From the NCBI GenBank assembly GCA_035559535.1, contig DATMBG010000022.1:124001-188000 (forward strand): 64,000 nt of DNA, given 5' to 3'. How positions within the stretch are numbered: position 1 is the stretch's first letter; every line of letters begins with the position of its first letter. The translations under genes were made by a program, and so were the position numbers. This DNA is from Candidatus Limnocylindrales bacterium. Its GTDB lineage: Bacteria > Moduliflexota > Moduliflexia > Moduliflexales > JAUQPW01. The notes below the pieces were generated by a model that was not told the DNA's origin, searched no databases, and worked only from the letters and a program-made list of their open reading frames with translations. Below, piece after piece: positions 10,279 to 20,125 of this stretch.

Positions 10279-11715
10279 CTACGAACTGCCGGCATAGGTA
10301 TATAAAATATCCACATAGGATTTCTCTGCCTCAACAATCCCTGCGACCTTCCCATCTCCCTCGATAACCAGATATTCATCTGGACTATGGGCATTACCAC
10401 CATGTCCCAAACCCCCACTACAATAGGGGAGGTTGATAGGATTTCCACAGTAAAGGTACATAGGCCAGCTCCCGCCGGAGATAGGCCATATTTGGGGTTC
10501 TATTCCGTTCTTTCGATAGGTTTGAATAACGGCCTGGGCAATAGCCGTTTTATGACTGACCTTAGCAGGAGGATAACCGGCCAGGGGCTTTATAAGGATA
10601 TCCTTATAACCTCGCCGATCCAAATGGGCTCTGAGCTTGCTCATGACCTCACTAACGGTCATTTTAGGGACCAGGCGAATATCTGCGGTACAGGCAACTT
10701 TATGGGGAAGGACGGTTTTGGAACCTGCACCGATATGACCTCCATAAATGCCTTGAATATTCAGGGTAGGACTGTAAAGAAACCTGATGAGCAAATCCCG
10801 TCCCTGGAGGTCGTCGATCCAATGATCGATTTTAAACATGCGCTGCCAGACTTCCGGATTGAAGGTTTTTTCCAATTGATCGATGAGTTCCAGATCTTCC
10901 TCCGAGGGAGGAAGAACATTATCATAGAAGCCTTCTATTTGTACGGTATTTCCATCTTCGGAAGTCAAGGAAGCCAGGGCATGAATAAAGCGCCAGATAG
11001 GACTATCCGCGGCAGCTTTCATGCTACTATGTACATCAAACTCCTTGGGACCCCGGCCCCAGAGACTGCCCGAGCATTCCAACTCAAATTCGAAAATTCC
11101 CTTGGCGCCCATTGCCATTCGAATACTCCCGTCAATTTGCTGGGAAGGGCCTGTATTGAGGACCGCATCGGCCCGACGCAATCGATCCTGATATTGACGG
11201 ATAAACTGCTCTAAATGAGGACTTCCCAGTTCTTCCTCTCCTTCCGCCGTAAACATGATATTCACCGGTAGTTTTCCCTCAACGGCGATGATGGATTCCA
11301 GGGCATTGAGCCACATCCGATACCCTCCTTTACTGTTAAAAGCTCCTCGGGCTATGACCACCTTTTTAAAAGGTGGTTTTTCCACCAACGTCGCATCAAA
11401 GGGCGGGAAAGTCCAAACCTCTCCGGCTACCGGCTGAACATCGTACATACAATAGTTGATCAGTGTTTTAGGAGCTCCCACATCATAGTGGGCCCAAATA
11501 CAGGGATGACCCTCTGTTTCCACCAGCTCAACTTCTCGACATCCCAGCTTGCGATAATACTCCATAAGGAGATCTGCACACTCTCGAATTCCCTTGTTTT
11601 CCGTACTAATACTGGGCTGACGCAGATATTCCTGCACCTTAGCAATGTGCTCCGATTTATGATCTTCTATATACCGATAGATTTTTTCAAGATCTGGCAT
11701 CGCACAAAGACCCAT
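10279..11715 (-). CDS. M20/M25/M40 family metallo-hydrolase with atypical metal ligands
   Basis: YCMYDVQP, RGAFNSKG, EGEEELGS, AHSPDEY. Probable start MPDLEK at 11700. Confidence 0.88.
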   Translation of the reverse strand: MGLCAMPDLEKIYRYIEDHKSEHIAKVQEYLRQPSISTENKGIRECADLLMEYYRKLGCREVELVETEGHPCIWAHYDVGAPKTLINYCMYDVQPVAGEVWTFPPFDATLVEKPPFKKVVIARGAFNSKGGYRMWLNALESIIAVEGKLPVNIMFTAEGEEELGSPHLEQFIRQYQDRLRRADAVLNTGPSQQIDGSIRMAMGAKGIFEFELECSGSLWGRGPKEFDVHSSMKAAADSPIWRFIHALASLTSEDGNTVQIEGFYDNVLPPSEEDLELIDQLEKTFNPEVWQRMFKIDHWIDDLQGRDLLIRFLYSPTLNIQGIYGGHIGAGSKTVLPHKVACTADIRLVPKMTVSEVMSKLRAHLDRRGYKDILIKPLAGYPPAKVSHKTAIAQAVIQTYRKNGIEPQIWPISGGSWPMYLYCGNPINLPYCSGGLGHGGNAHSPDEYLVIEGDGKVAGIVEAEKSYVDILYTYAGSS

Positions 11716-11792
11716 GAACCAATAACCATTAATCCATAGCCATGAACAACTAATTAATCAGCCTCTACAGCCATACCCCATCTACTCAGGGT

Positions 11793-12032
11793 TCATGACT
11801 CGACTAATTTCCTTACGTAAACTTTATACTCCCCTTCGACCTCCTCTTCGATTCCTAAAAATTCATGACCGGTACTCTTACACCAATTGGGCATATCTAC
11901 TTTAATCCCTTCATCATCGGAAAGAACTTCCAGAATCTGTCCCACCTGCATACTCTTAAATTTTTTTGCCGTTTTGATGATGGGAATAGGACACAGGAGG
12001 CCTAACGTATCCAGCGTAGCATCTGCCTGCAT
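11793..12032 (-). CDS. tusA: TusA/SirA-family sulfur carrier
   Basis: LDTLGLLCPIP (CPxP motif), LEVLSDD, 79 aa. Confidence 0.92.
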   Translation of the reverse strand: MQADATLDTLGLLCPIPIIKTAKKFKSMQVGQILEVLSDDEGIKVDMPNWCKSTGHEFLGIEEEVEGEYKVYVRKLVES

Positions 12033-12164
12033 AACTCTGTCTGTTGTTCGTAATCTGTCGTCCGTTGACGAAGATCCAGGTCTGTAAAACGTTTCCCATA
12101 GACCGGACCCCTATTCCCCTGCACAGCCAACCGTGCTCCTACAAACCCAGGGACAACGGACGGA

Positions 12165-13214
12165 TCAGATACGAAACTCCTCCAGTTCTTGTCCGATAAT
12201 CGGGTGAACCTCTACGATTCCCTCTGTAGCGTTTCTGCGGTATTGAACCCGAACGGTTTCGGCGGTTTTTCCATCACTATGTCCGGCTGTAATTCCGGCG
12301 ATGAGTTCTATATCTTCCGGTAATACTTCCCCGTCTGTAACGGTTAAAGGACCTTTATAGTCCAAAGTTTCAAAAAACCAGTGGTCACCTTTTTTACAGA
12401 AGTTCGCAAGGAATTTATTTTCGGCTTCATCACGACCTACAATCACCTTCAGATCTTCGGATAATCGAAAATGCCGTCCTACCTTTGCCAAAATAAAGTC
12501 GTCCATGACGATCCGCTCTTTTCCCTTGTAGGTAATCAAATCCCGCAACTTCCTGGCATAATTCTGATCGGTTAGAAAACAACATCCTCCCGACGGTTGT
12601 GGATATTCTTCAATACCAAACTCGGCAGCAAGTTGCATCTGAACCTGGCGGGACCGTCCCTGAATGTCATAGAGCTTGTTTCGATCGACCCATCCTTTGA
12701 TTTCCGGAACGGTGGGAGGCAGTAACTTAGCGGAGAGTGGTCGCAACAGGAGACCCTCCAGGCCACTTTCCCTGGCGATTAGCAGAAGCTCACGCATGTG
12801 TTGGGATTTAGGACGCTGACCCAGAACTTCACCGGTAAAGACAAATTGAGCTCCAACCTCCTCCATATATTCTTTGGCTTTTTGAAACATATAGATCCGG
12901 CAATCTACACAGGGGTTCATGGCAGATCCATATCCGTACTTAGGCTCGAACAAAACCGTTTTATAATAATCTTCTGAGATATCCATCAACTCCACTTTAA
13001 TGCCCAGGTCTGCACCGGCTCTTAAAGCTTCATTTTGAATGATTTTGTTTTTATCTTTATTTCGCCGAATCTTTCTCCGATGTTCTGTTACACAAAACCC
13101 GGTGTAAAAGTTAATCCCCTGAACCTCAATACCCATGTTGCTGATTATTTTGACGGCCAGGGTACTATCTAGCCCACCGGAGAGGAGCGCGATAGCTTTT
13201 ATTTTTTCGGTCAT
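12165..13214 (-). CDS. PP-loop tRNA sulfurtransferase-like protein (ThiI/MnmA-related, no THUMP domain; DUF814/NFACT-R-like C-terminus)
   Basis: SGGLDS PP-loop, NPCVDCR, TGEVLGQRPKSQ, LLRPL, PSGGCC, GRHFRL...IVGRDEAEN. Lies between iscS and tusA. Confidence 0.82.
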   Translation of the reverse strand: MTEKIKAIALLSGGLDSTLAVKIISNMGIEVQGINFYTGFCVTEHRRKIRRNKDKNKIIQNEALRAGADLGIKVELMDISEDYYKTVLFEPKYGYGSAMNPCVDCRIYMFQKAKEYMEEVGAQFVFTGEVLGQRPKSQHMRELLLIARESGLEGLLLRPLSAKLLPPTVPEIKGWVDRNKLYDIQGRSRQVQMQLAAEFGIEEYPQPSGGCCFLTDQNYARKLRDLITYKGKERIVMDDFILAKVGRHFRLSEDLKVIVGRDEAENKFLANFCKKGDHWFFETLDYKGPLTVTDGEVLPEDIELIAGITAGHSDGKTAETVRVQYRRNATEGIVEVHPIIGQELEEFRI

Positions 13215-13334
13215 AATTAATCCCTGAATCCTTCATCCTGAACCATTAACCTCTTATACTCATTTATAAACAGGTGGCTCCTTGGAAGTTAAAAGCCTGA
13301 GGGCCAGGTTTTTTAACCTGATCCCCCTCTCTCA

Positions 13335-13536
13335 TACGCGCCAGGGTAAGCGTGAGATCCCTGAGGAGGGCCCTTAATGCCAAATATCAAACGAGACGTT
13401 GTACGGGCGCAAGGCCTTGCGCCCCTACCTTAGGTTTGCAGGAGAAGGAACTTTGAAGCGAGGTTCCTTTCCCCCTCCCCTTCCTCCCGTTCACGGGGGG
13501 AAGGGACCTGCTGGGGACGCCTTAACCCGGCGCGTA
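13335..13536. mobile_element. MITE-like element, TIR family TA(C/G)GCGCCAGGATAAG, containing a GTAG-type REP
   Basis: tacgcgccagggtaag (13335-13350) and cttaacccggcgcgta (13521-13536). Internal palindrome gtacgggcgcaaggccttgcgcccctac. Confidence 0.65.
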
Positions 13537-13637
13537 TGCCCCCTTCCCCCCCATAAGGGCCAGTCTAAAAAAGATCCCCTTGAAAGCAATCCCCCGCCAG
13601 AACTTTTTCGATAATTTAACAGGTTCGGGTTAATTAT

Positions 13638-14804
13638 TCAGGATGAAGGATTCATTACAGAGATACTTCTTAGCTTTTCCACCAGAGGTGGAAAGGTTTC
13701 TATCACAACGTCTATATCTTCTTCTCTGGTGTAAATTCCGGTTGAGAAAAGCAGTGAACCCTCTGCCAGTTCCAAAGGAATCCCCATGGCTTTCAGAACA
13801 TGGGAGGGTTTCCTGGCCGTAAAGGTACAGGTGGAACCTGGAGAAACCGCAATTCCCTTCCTGTCGAGAAGCAAAGTCAGGGCATCCCCCTTCACACATT
13901 CAACACAAAAACTCAGATAATGGGGAAGTCTTTGGGTAGGATGCCCGTTTAAGTAAAGACCCGATACTTTCTTTAAGAGGGCATCCCCCAGCCGATTTCG
14001 TAAAAACAAAATGTGATCTATTCGTTGGGTCATTTCTTTTCTGGCCAGCTCTGCCGCTTTTCCAAGCCCTACAATGCCTGAAATATTTTCGGTACCTGCC
14101 CGCCGTCCTTCTTCCTGCGTACCCCCATGGATCAACGGATAAATCCTTACACCTTCTCGAATGTATAAGGCCCCGACCCCTTTCGGACCGTAGAATTTAT
14201 GCCCCGAAAGACTCAGTAAATCAACTCCCAGCATGTCTACATCTACCGGTAAAATACCCACGACCTGTGTGGCATCGGTATGAAAATAAACTCCCTTCTC
14301 CCGGGTAATCCGACCGATTTCTGCTATGGGCTCTAAGGTTCCCACCTCATGGTTCCCATACATAATGGATACCAAAATCGTTCTCTCTGTGATTGCTTCG
14401 GCAATTTCTTCGGGATCAACCATTCCATATTTGTTTACAGGTACATAGGTCACCGTAAATCCCAGTTTTTCCAGAAATTTAAGGGCATAAAGTACCGATT
14501 GATGTTCAATCTGAGAGGTAACGATATGGGTTCCTTTCTTCTGATTCGCAAAGGCTACTCCTTTAATAGCAAAATTATTAGCTTCTGTACCACCCGAAGT
14601 AAAAACAATCTCCTCCGACTTAGCACCCATGAGCAGGGCAACCTGTTGTCTGGCTTCTTCTAGAGCTTCCCGAGGTTTTTTACTTTCTTCATAAAGACTT
14701 CCAGGATTCCCGAAAAATTCCCCCAAATAAGGGAGCATCGCCTCCCTCACTTCAGGATGCACAGGGGTCGTTGTGGCATAATCCAAATAAATTTTCTTCA
14801 TCAT
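13638..14804 (-). CDS. iscS: Cysteine desulfurase (IscS/NifS group I)
   Basis: IYLDYATTTP, FTSGGTEANN, HTDATQ, SGHKFYGPKG (PLP Lys), SPGSTCT catalytic-Cys loop, PSHVL. Confidence 0.93.
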   Translation of the reverse strand: MMKKIYLDYATTTPVHPEVREAMLPYLGEFFGNPGSLYEESKKPREALEEARQQVALLMGAKSEEIVFTSGGTEANNFAIKGVAFANQKKGTHIVTSQIEHQSVLYALKFLEKLGFTVTYVPVNKYGMVDPEEIAEAITERTILVSIMYGNHEVGTLEPIAEIGRITREKGVYFHTDATQVVGILPVDVDMLGVDLLSLSGHKFYGPKGVGALYIREGVRIYPLIHGGTQEEGRRAGTENISGIVGLGKAAELARKEMTQRIDHILFLRNRLGDALLKKVSGLYLNGHPTQRLPHYLSFCVECVKGDALTLLLDRKGIAVSPGSTCTFTARKPSHVLKAMGIPLELAEGSLLFSTGIYTREEDIDVVIETFPPLVEKLRSISVMNPSS

Positions 14805-15075
14805 AGGGATTCATAAAGAATATAATCGAAATACCTCTCATCTTCAACCTTCTAACAAGCTTTCTTGTCCGAAGTTAACAAAATATCCTCCATAGAGGGA
14901 CTTTCAAGGGTCAACTTATCCTTCCAACCCCTCCCCATCCCCCCGCATGCGAGGAGAGGAAAGGGAGAGCGGCAAGATAAGGTAAGATAAAAATCGTATT
15001 ACTTAAATTTGATCCCATAGAGCTGCTTTCACTTCCCGACTCCCTTCTCCCCTTGTGTGGGAGAGGGACCTGGCA

Positions 15076-15235
15076 TAGGTGCCAGGATAAGAAGGTTAGC
15101 CCCGGCGGGGTGACCTGTTTCACAGGCCGCTCCTCCGGAGCTTGAAAAAATCTGAATGACTGGATCCCCCAACTTGCGTCGGAGGCTACCCACAGTTCGC
15201 CCCTGACGGGGCCTTTCAACTTATCCTGGCGCCTC
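15076..15235. mobile_element. MITE-like element (copy 1 of the element repeated at 19708-19895)
   Basis: TIRs ggtgccaggataag / cttatcctggcgcc. Internal sequence (cgctcctccgga.cttgaaaaaa.tctgaatgactggatcc...ttcgcccctgacgg) is shared with 19708-19895. Confidence 0.75.
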
Positions 15236-15450
15236 TAGAGCCGGGGGTGAGGGCCGCTCAAAAGTCAAGCAAAACTAACTAAATAGTGTAATAGATGAAA
15301 AGTCCTGTTTCTAAGGGGTTTGATAGGATAACCTTAAAAGAAGTACAAACTTTATTGAAAGACTTAGAAAGACAGATTAAAATAGTTGAAACATAAAAAT
15401 ATTGCAGTTTGTAGAAATCAGGATAAGAATCCAACAGGAAGGTAGAGTCT

Positions 15451-16512
15451 ATGAAACGTAAAACGACGGTGAGTATTGAGGGGCCTTCTTTTTTCATTAA
15501 CGGTCAACCGACTTATCCAGGTCGTTGGTACCAGGGGCTCAAAGTAGAAGGTTTGCTTTTTAATGCCCGGATGGTTCAGGGGATTTTTGACGATCTTAAT
15601 CCGGAAACACGAAGTCGGTGGAATTATCCCGATGGACCCTGGGATGCAACACGCAATACGGAGGAATTTGTTGCCGCCATGCCTGTTTGGCGGTCTTATG
15701 GACTGTTGAGCTTTACCATCAACCTTCAGGGTGGGAGTCCGGAAGGTTACAGTAGCTCTCAACCCTGGCACAATTCTGCTTTTGAGGCCGACGGACGACT
15801 ACGCAGCGATTATCTGGCACGACTGGAAAGGATTCTGGATACTGCCGATGAATTGGGTATGGCTCCTATTTTAGGATTCTTCTACTTTGGACAGGATTGG
15901 CGGTTGAACAACGAGCAAGCTGTAATACGCGCAACAGAGAATGCTACAGACTGGTTGCTGGAAAAAAGTTATACCCACGTACTTGTGGAAATCGGTAATG
16001 AAGTGGATTTACCTTACTACCGGCATGAGATCATTCGAGCACCGCGCTGCCATGAACTGATAGAAATTGTGAAAACCCGGTCGACCGGGAAGGTTAAATC
16101 ACCTGCCGGGCGATTGTTGGTGAGCACCAGTATGCAAGGCGGGGCCATTCCCCCGAATAATATAGTTGCTGCGGCGGATTTTATACTCTTGCATGGGAAT
16201 CATGTTTCTGAAACGGCCCGGATTCGGGAGATGGTAGACCAATGTCGCCAGCTATCCGGCTACCGAGATCAGCCTATTTTGTTTAATGAGGACGATCATT
16301 TTGATTTCGACCGGGAGGACAATCATATACTTGCAGCCCTCAGCCGGTATGCAAGCTGGGGATATTTTGATTATCGCATGCCGGGGGAAGGCTATCCGGA
16401 AGGGTTTCAAAGTGTTCCGGTGGATTGGACTATCAGTTCCCATCGTAAACGTGGGTTTTTTAATTTACTGGCCAAAGTAACAGGTAGCAATCCGCAGATC
16501 CTTTCAAGGTAA
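15451..16512 (+). CDS. Putative glycoside hydrolase-like TIM-barrel protein
   Basis: FFINGQPTY N-terminus, RLERILDTADELGM, GNEVD (putative acid/base) and LFNEDDH (putative nucleophile), resembling clan GH-A. Confidence 0.6.
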   Translation: MKRKTTVSIEGPSFFINGQPTYPGRWYQGLKVEGLLFNARMVQGIFDDLNPETRSRWNYPDGPWDATRNTEEFVAAMPVWRSYGLLSFTINLQGGSPEGYSSSQPWHNSAFEADGRLRSDYLARLERILDTADELGMAPILGFFYFGQDWRLNNEQAVIRATENATDWLLEKSYTHVLVEIGNEVDLPYYRHEIIRAPRCHELIEIVKTRSTGKVKSPAGRLLVSTSMQGGAIPPNNIVAAADFILLHGNHVSETARIREMVDQCRQLSGYRDQPILFNEDDHFDFDREDNHILAALSRYASWGYFDYRMPGEGYPEGFQSVPVDWTISSHRKRGFFNLLAKVTGSNPQILSR

Positions 16513-16666
16513 AACCAGATAGGCTTACCTTGTTCTCACCCCTTCTCCCATAAAAAGGAGTGGAGGACCTTATAGGGGTCGCTTCAATGGGGTCGCTCTT
16601 TGATCTATAGATAGTAGCCGCATAATTTAACAATTTAAAATCCCCTAACCTAAGGAGGAAGAAATT

Positions 16667-18277
16667 ATGCAAAATTTCTGTTGGTTTTTCCCTTTTCCTA
16701 TCACCCGAATAACTCTTATCGGATTACTTTTACTCAGTCTGGCTTCAGGGGCCGAACCTGCAGAGCCAAAGATGGGTGGGACCTTGAAATTTGTTCCACA
16801 GGCCGATTTGAAGATTCTGGATCCGATCTGGACTTCGGCTTACATAACCCGCAACCATGGTTATATGATCTACGATACCCTTTTTTCCCTGGATGAAAAT
16901 TTGAAACCACAGCCCCAGATGGTAAAAACCTGGCAGGTCAGTGAGGATGGTTTACAATATACCTTTACCTTACGAGAGGGTCTTAAGTTCCATGATGGTA
17001 AACCTGTCGTTGCAGAAGATGTCGTGGCTTCTCTTAAGAGATGGGGCCAGCGGGATGTTTTAGGTAAACTATTGATGGATTTTACCGCCAGACTGGAGGC
17101 CATAGATGAAAAAACTTTTCGATTGGTACTTAAAGAACCCTTTAACCTGGTTTTAGAGGCTCTGGCCAAGCCGAGCGGGAGTGTTCCTTTCATTATGCCG
17201 GCCCGGATTGCGGCAACTCCCGCGGATGAGCAGATTAAAGAGACCATTGGCTCAGGACCCTTCAAATTTGTGAAAGAGGAATGGGAACCCGGGCATCGGG
17301 TTGTTTACATACGTAACCCGGAATACATCCCTCGAGCCGAACCGGCCCACTCGGGTACCGGGGGTAAACGGGTATATGTGGATCGGGTAGAATGGATCTA
17401 CATTCCCGACCCGGCCACGGCCAGTGCGGCACTGGAGGCAGGAGAAGTGGACTTTTGGGAAAACCCACCAATTGATTTTGTAGTTCGATTAAAACAGAAT
17501 CCGCAAATTACAGTCTCTATCGTTGATCCGTTGGGTACCCAGGGAGTGCTACGACCCAATCATTTACACCCTCCCTTCAACAATGTAAAAGCCCGTCAAG
17601 CTTTACTTTGGATGGTCAGTCAGGAAATTTACATGCAAGCAGCCATCGGAGATAAAAATTTCTGGCGAACCTGTCCGGGGTTTTTTATATGCGGGGGGCC
17701 CTGGGAAACTGATGTGGGTTCGGAGCCTCTGAAGCAGCAAAATCTGGAGAAGGCCCGACAGTTAATGAAAGAAGCCGGCTATGATGGACGACCGGTAGTC
17801 TTGATGGATCCGACCGATATGCCCATTTTGCATGTAGCCACCCTGGTAACCCAACAACTGTTAACCCAAATCGGGGTCAAGGTAGACCTTCAGGCCATGG
17901 ACTGGAGTACCCTGGTCTCTCGCCGGGCTGAGAAGAAACCACCGGAGGAAGGGGGATGGAATCTGTTTCATACCTGGTCGGTAGGATCCGATGTCATGAA
18001 CCCGGCGGTCAGTTCCGCCAGTTCTGGGGCTTGTGACAAGGCCTGGTTTGGCTGGTATTGTAGTCCACGAATGGAAGAGCTACGAGCCGAATGGGTTCGC
18101 ACCCAGGACCCGGTCCGACAAAAACAATTGGTGGAAGAAATCCAAAAACTGGCTTTCGAAGAAGTACCTTATGTGCCCTTTGGACAATGGTTCTTGCCCA
18201 CAGCTTATCGCAAGGATGTAAAAGGTGTACTTCAGTTCCCGGCCCCTATCTTGTGGAATATCTGGCTGGATCGATAG
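16667..18277 (+). CDS. ABC transporter substrate-binding protein (family 5, DppA/OppA-like)
   Basis: Signal peptide, LDPIWT, IYDTLF, YTFTLREGLKFHDG, IGSGPFKF. No permease adjacent. Confidence 0.93.
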   Translation: MQNFCWFFPFPITRITLIGLLLLSLASGAEPAEPKMGGTLKFVPQADLKILDPIWTSAYITRNHGYMIYDTLFSLDENLKPQPQMVKTWQVSEDGLQYTFTLREGLKFHDGKPVVAEDVVASLKRWGQRDVLGKLLMDFTARLEAIDEKTFRLVLKEPFNLVLEALAKPSGSVPFIMPARIAATPADEQIKETIGSGPFKFVKEEWEPGHRVVYIRNPEYIPRAEPAHSGTGGKRVYVDRVEWIYIPDPATASAALEAGEVDFWENPPIDFVVRLKQNPQITVSIVDPLGTQGVLRPNHLHPPFNNVKARQALLWMVSQEIYMQAAIGDKNFWRTCPGFFICGGPWETDVGSEPLKQQNLEKARQLMKEAGYDGRPVVLMDPTDMPILHVATLVTQQLLTQIGVKVDLQAMDWSTLVSRRAEKKPPEEGGWNLFHTWSVGSDVMNPAVSSASSGACDKAWFGWYCSPRMEELRAEWVRTQDPVRQKQLVEEIQKLAFEEVPYVPFGQWFLPTAYRKDVKGVLQFPAPILWNIWLDR

Positions 18278-18457
18278 AAGACCTATCTCGTCCAGCCTGA
18301 AAGGGCAGGTCGAACGTCCCCGTTTGACAGGGTTAGAGGACTATGTCCACCAGACTCTCAGGGCCCCGAGAGCTTCCCTCCTTACAGATTGGATTCCATC
18401 GAACCGGGTTATAAATCCGTAAACTTGACTTTCTCAATGACTTTTCTTATATTCGGC

Positions 18458-19357
18458 CTATGCCAGGTGTTGTTTGAACCAGTCCACGGCCACACCCGCC
18501 GTTTTAGATACCCACGGCTCTGTATAAGCATCAAAATGTTTGCAGGGTTGAATGGAAATGGCCTTGGGTTGTAATGCCCGTTCGTAAGCGGCTACTGCAA
18601 GATCGGTGGGAGTTAGGGTATCATAGCCGGCAACTACCATCAGTAGGGGGGTCGGTGAGATAAGATGGATAGAACCGGCCGGATCGTACTCCAGGAATTT
18701 CTCCAGAGATTCCACAGTGACTTGATTGCGCCAGTTGGGCGCAAGGGTATTGCCTGCATGGGTGAACCATTGGTAAGACTCAGGCGTAGGAAGGACCGAA
18801 GGCTCTCCTTCGGGGGCTACAACCTTGAGATAGTTAACCTGACCGGTTTTATAGCGCTGGATTCGATCCTGGATCAGAAAATTAAGGAACTGAACAAAAT
18901 GATCCGGTCGGTTGAGACGTAACGCATTGTTCCAGCCGTTGACCAAAGGGACCTGTGAAACCACCGCTTTGATCCGTTTATCAAAGGCAGCCAAATGCAA
19001 AACATGAGCCCCGCTGTAGGACGTTCCCCACACCCCAATCCGATCCGGGTCTACTTGAGGGTGATCGGAAATCCAGGTGATGGCATTGCGGTAGTCTTCA
19101 ATCTGCTCCATGGGAAATATCTGACTGCGAGGTTCACCTTCACTGTCACCAAGATAGCGATAATCGAAAACAAGGGTTATAAAACCGGCTTCGGTAAACC
19201 GTTCGGCAAAGTTGGGTAAGTACATCTCTTTCACAGCCGAAAAACCATGGGCCATCACAATGGCAGGGGCTTTTTTACCCGCAGGAAGATTTTCAGGTAG
19301 GTAAAGCCAGCCTGCACAACGTAACCCCTGACTCATAAAAGTAATGTTCTGACGCAT
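18458..19357 (-). CDS. Alpha/beta hydrolase
   Basis: MAHGFSAVKE, FDYRYLGDSEGEPR, GTSYSG nucleophile elbow, D and H near the C-terminus. ATG at 19357 follows GGAGG. Confidence 0.9.
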   Translation of the reverse strand: MRQNITFMSQGLRCAGWLYLPENLPAGKKAPAIVMAHGFSAVKEMYLPNFAERFTEAGFITLVFDYRYLGDSEGEPRSQIFPMEQIEDYRNAITWISDHPQVDPDRIGVWGTSYSGAHVLHLAAFDKRIKAVVSQVPLVNGWNNALRLNRPDHFVQFLNFLIQDRIQRYKTGQVNYLKVVAPEGEPSVLPTPESYQWFTHAGNTLAPNWRNQVTVESLEKFLEYDPAGSIHLISPTPLLMVVAGYDTLTPTDLAVAAYERALQPKAISIQPCKHFDAYTEPWVSKTAGVAVDWFKQHLA

Positions 19358-19707
19358 AGATCCTCCTTTTTTCAGAATCCAGAAATTCAAAGTCAGAAAA
19401 AAAGGAAAGTAGAGATCTAAAGTAGAGATCTTTTGATTTCTGACTTCGAATTTCTAAGACCATCTCCGTATTGAAACACTAGATAAGTCCTAAGAACAAC
19501 TCCGATAACTGCCTGCTGAAGAGCGCCTGCTTCAAGTTACACGATATCTCTGGGTAGATTGGGCATAAGTAGATAGTATTCCACTCTTATAAGATTTGCC
19601 CAGGAAGGTCAACTTTATTTTTTAATAGGTAACTGTAACCATTTCCACCTACTAAATTGATACGGATACTTTTAATAGGTAGGAGAGAAACACTCCCCCT
19701 AACCCCA

Positions 19708-19895
19708 TACACGCCAGGATAAGTAGGTTAACCATCCCAGGTTGGCAATTAGGTTAGCCCAGGCGGGACGATCTGTTTAACAGGTCGCTCCTCCGGAACT
19801 TGAAAAAATTCTGAATGACTGGATCCTCCGACTTGCGTTGGGGGCTACCAAACTGTTCGCCCCTGACGGAGCTTTTCAGTTTAAGCCGGTGCGTA
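19708..19895. mobile_element. MITE-like element (copy 2)
   Basis: tacacgccaggataag ... tttaagccggtgcgta. Internal sequence is highly similar to 15076-15235. Confidence 0.72.
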
Positions 19896-20125
19896 GGGGA
19901 GCAGGGTAGAAAAAATCTACCCCCTGAAAGGAATATAGAATGATGTCATGGTATGGGTTTCAAGAAAAAAATCTCGCAGGAGGCAGTTTAAGTTTCCTGA
20001 TTCCCCTGGGAACTTTTCTTGTAGAGTAAAGTCTTTATTGACAAATTATCAAAGGTTTCTCTTCCGGGGATATAAAAAGTAAAGCATTTGCCGATTAATG
20101 AAGAGGTCCTTGGTTTGTACGGTCA

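Noticed and set aside
10387-11214. Long antisense ORF (275 aa) and other shadow ORFs
   Set aside because: They lie fully opposite well-supported genes and have no recognisable motifs.
13399-13614. Short ORFs containing GRKALRPY (also 59391-59576) and ORF 14911-15219
   Set aside because: They are read-through of REP/MITE palindromes. Only the LDYARALL part of 59391-59576 belongs to the DUF433 pseudogene.
15294-15396. AT-rich mini-ORF (MKSPVSKGFDRITLKEVQ...)
   Set aside because: About 33 codons with no clear RBS or motif. It may be a gene fragment but cannot be supported.
18280-18450. Structured ncRNA between convergent genes
   Set aside because: Only short hairpins are present and no known family is recognisable. 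Terminator or repeat debris explains them.
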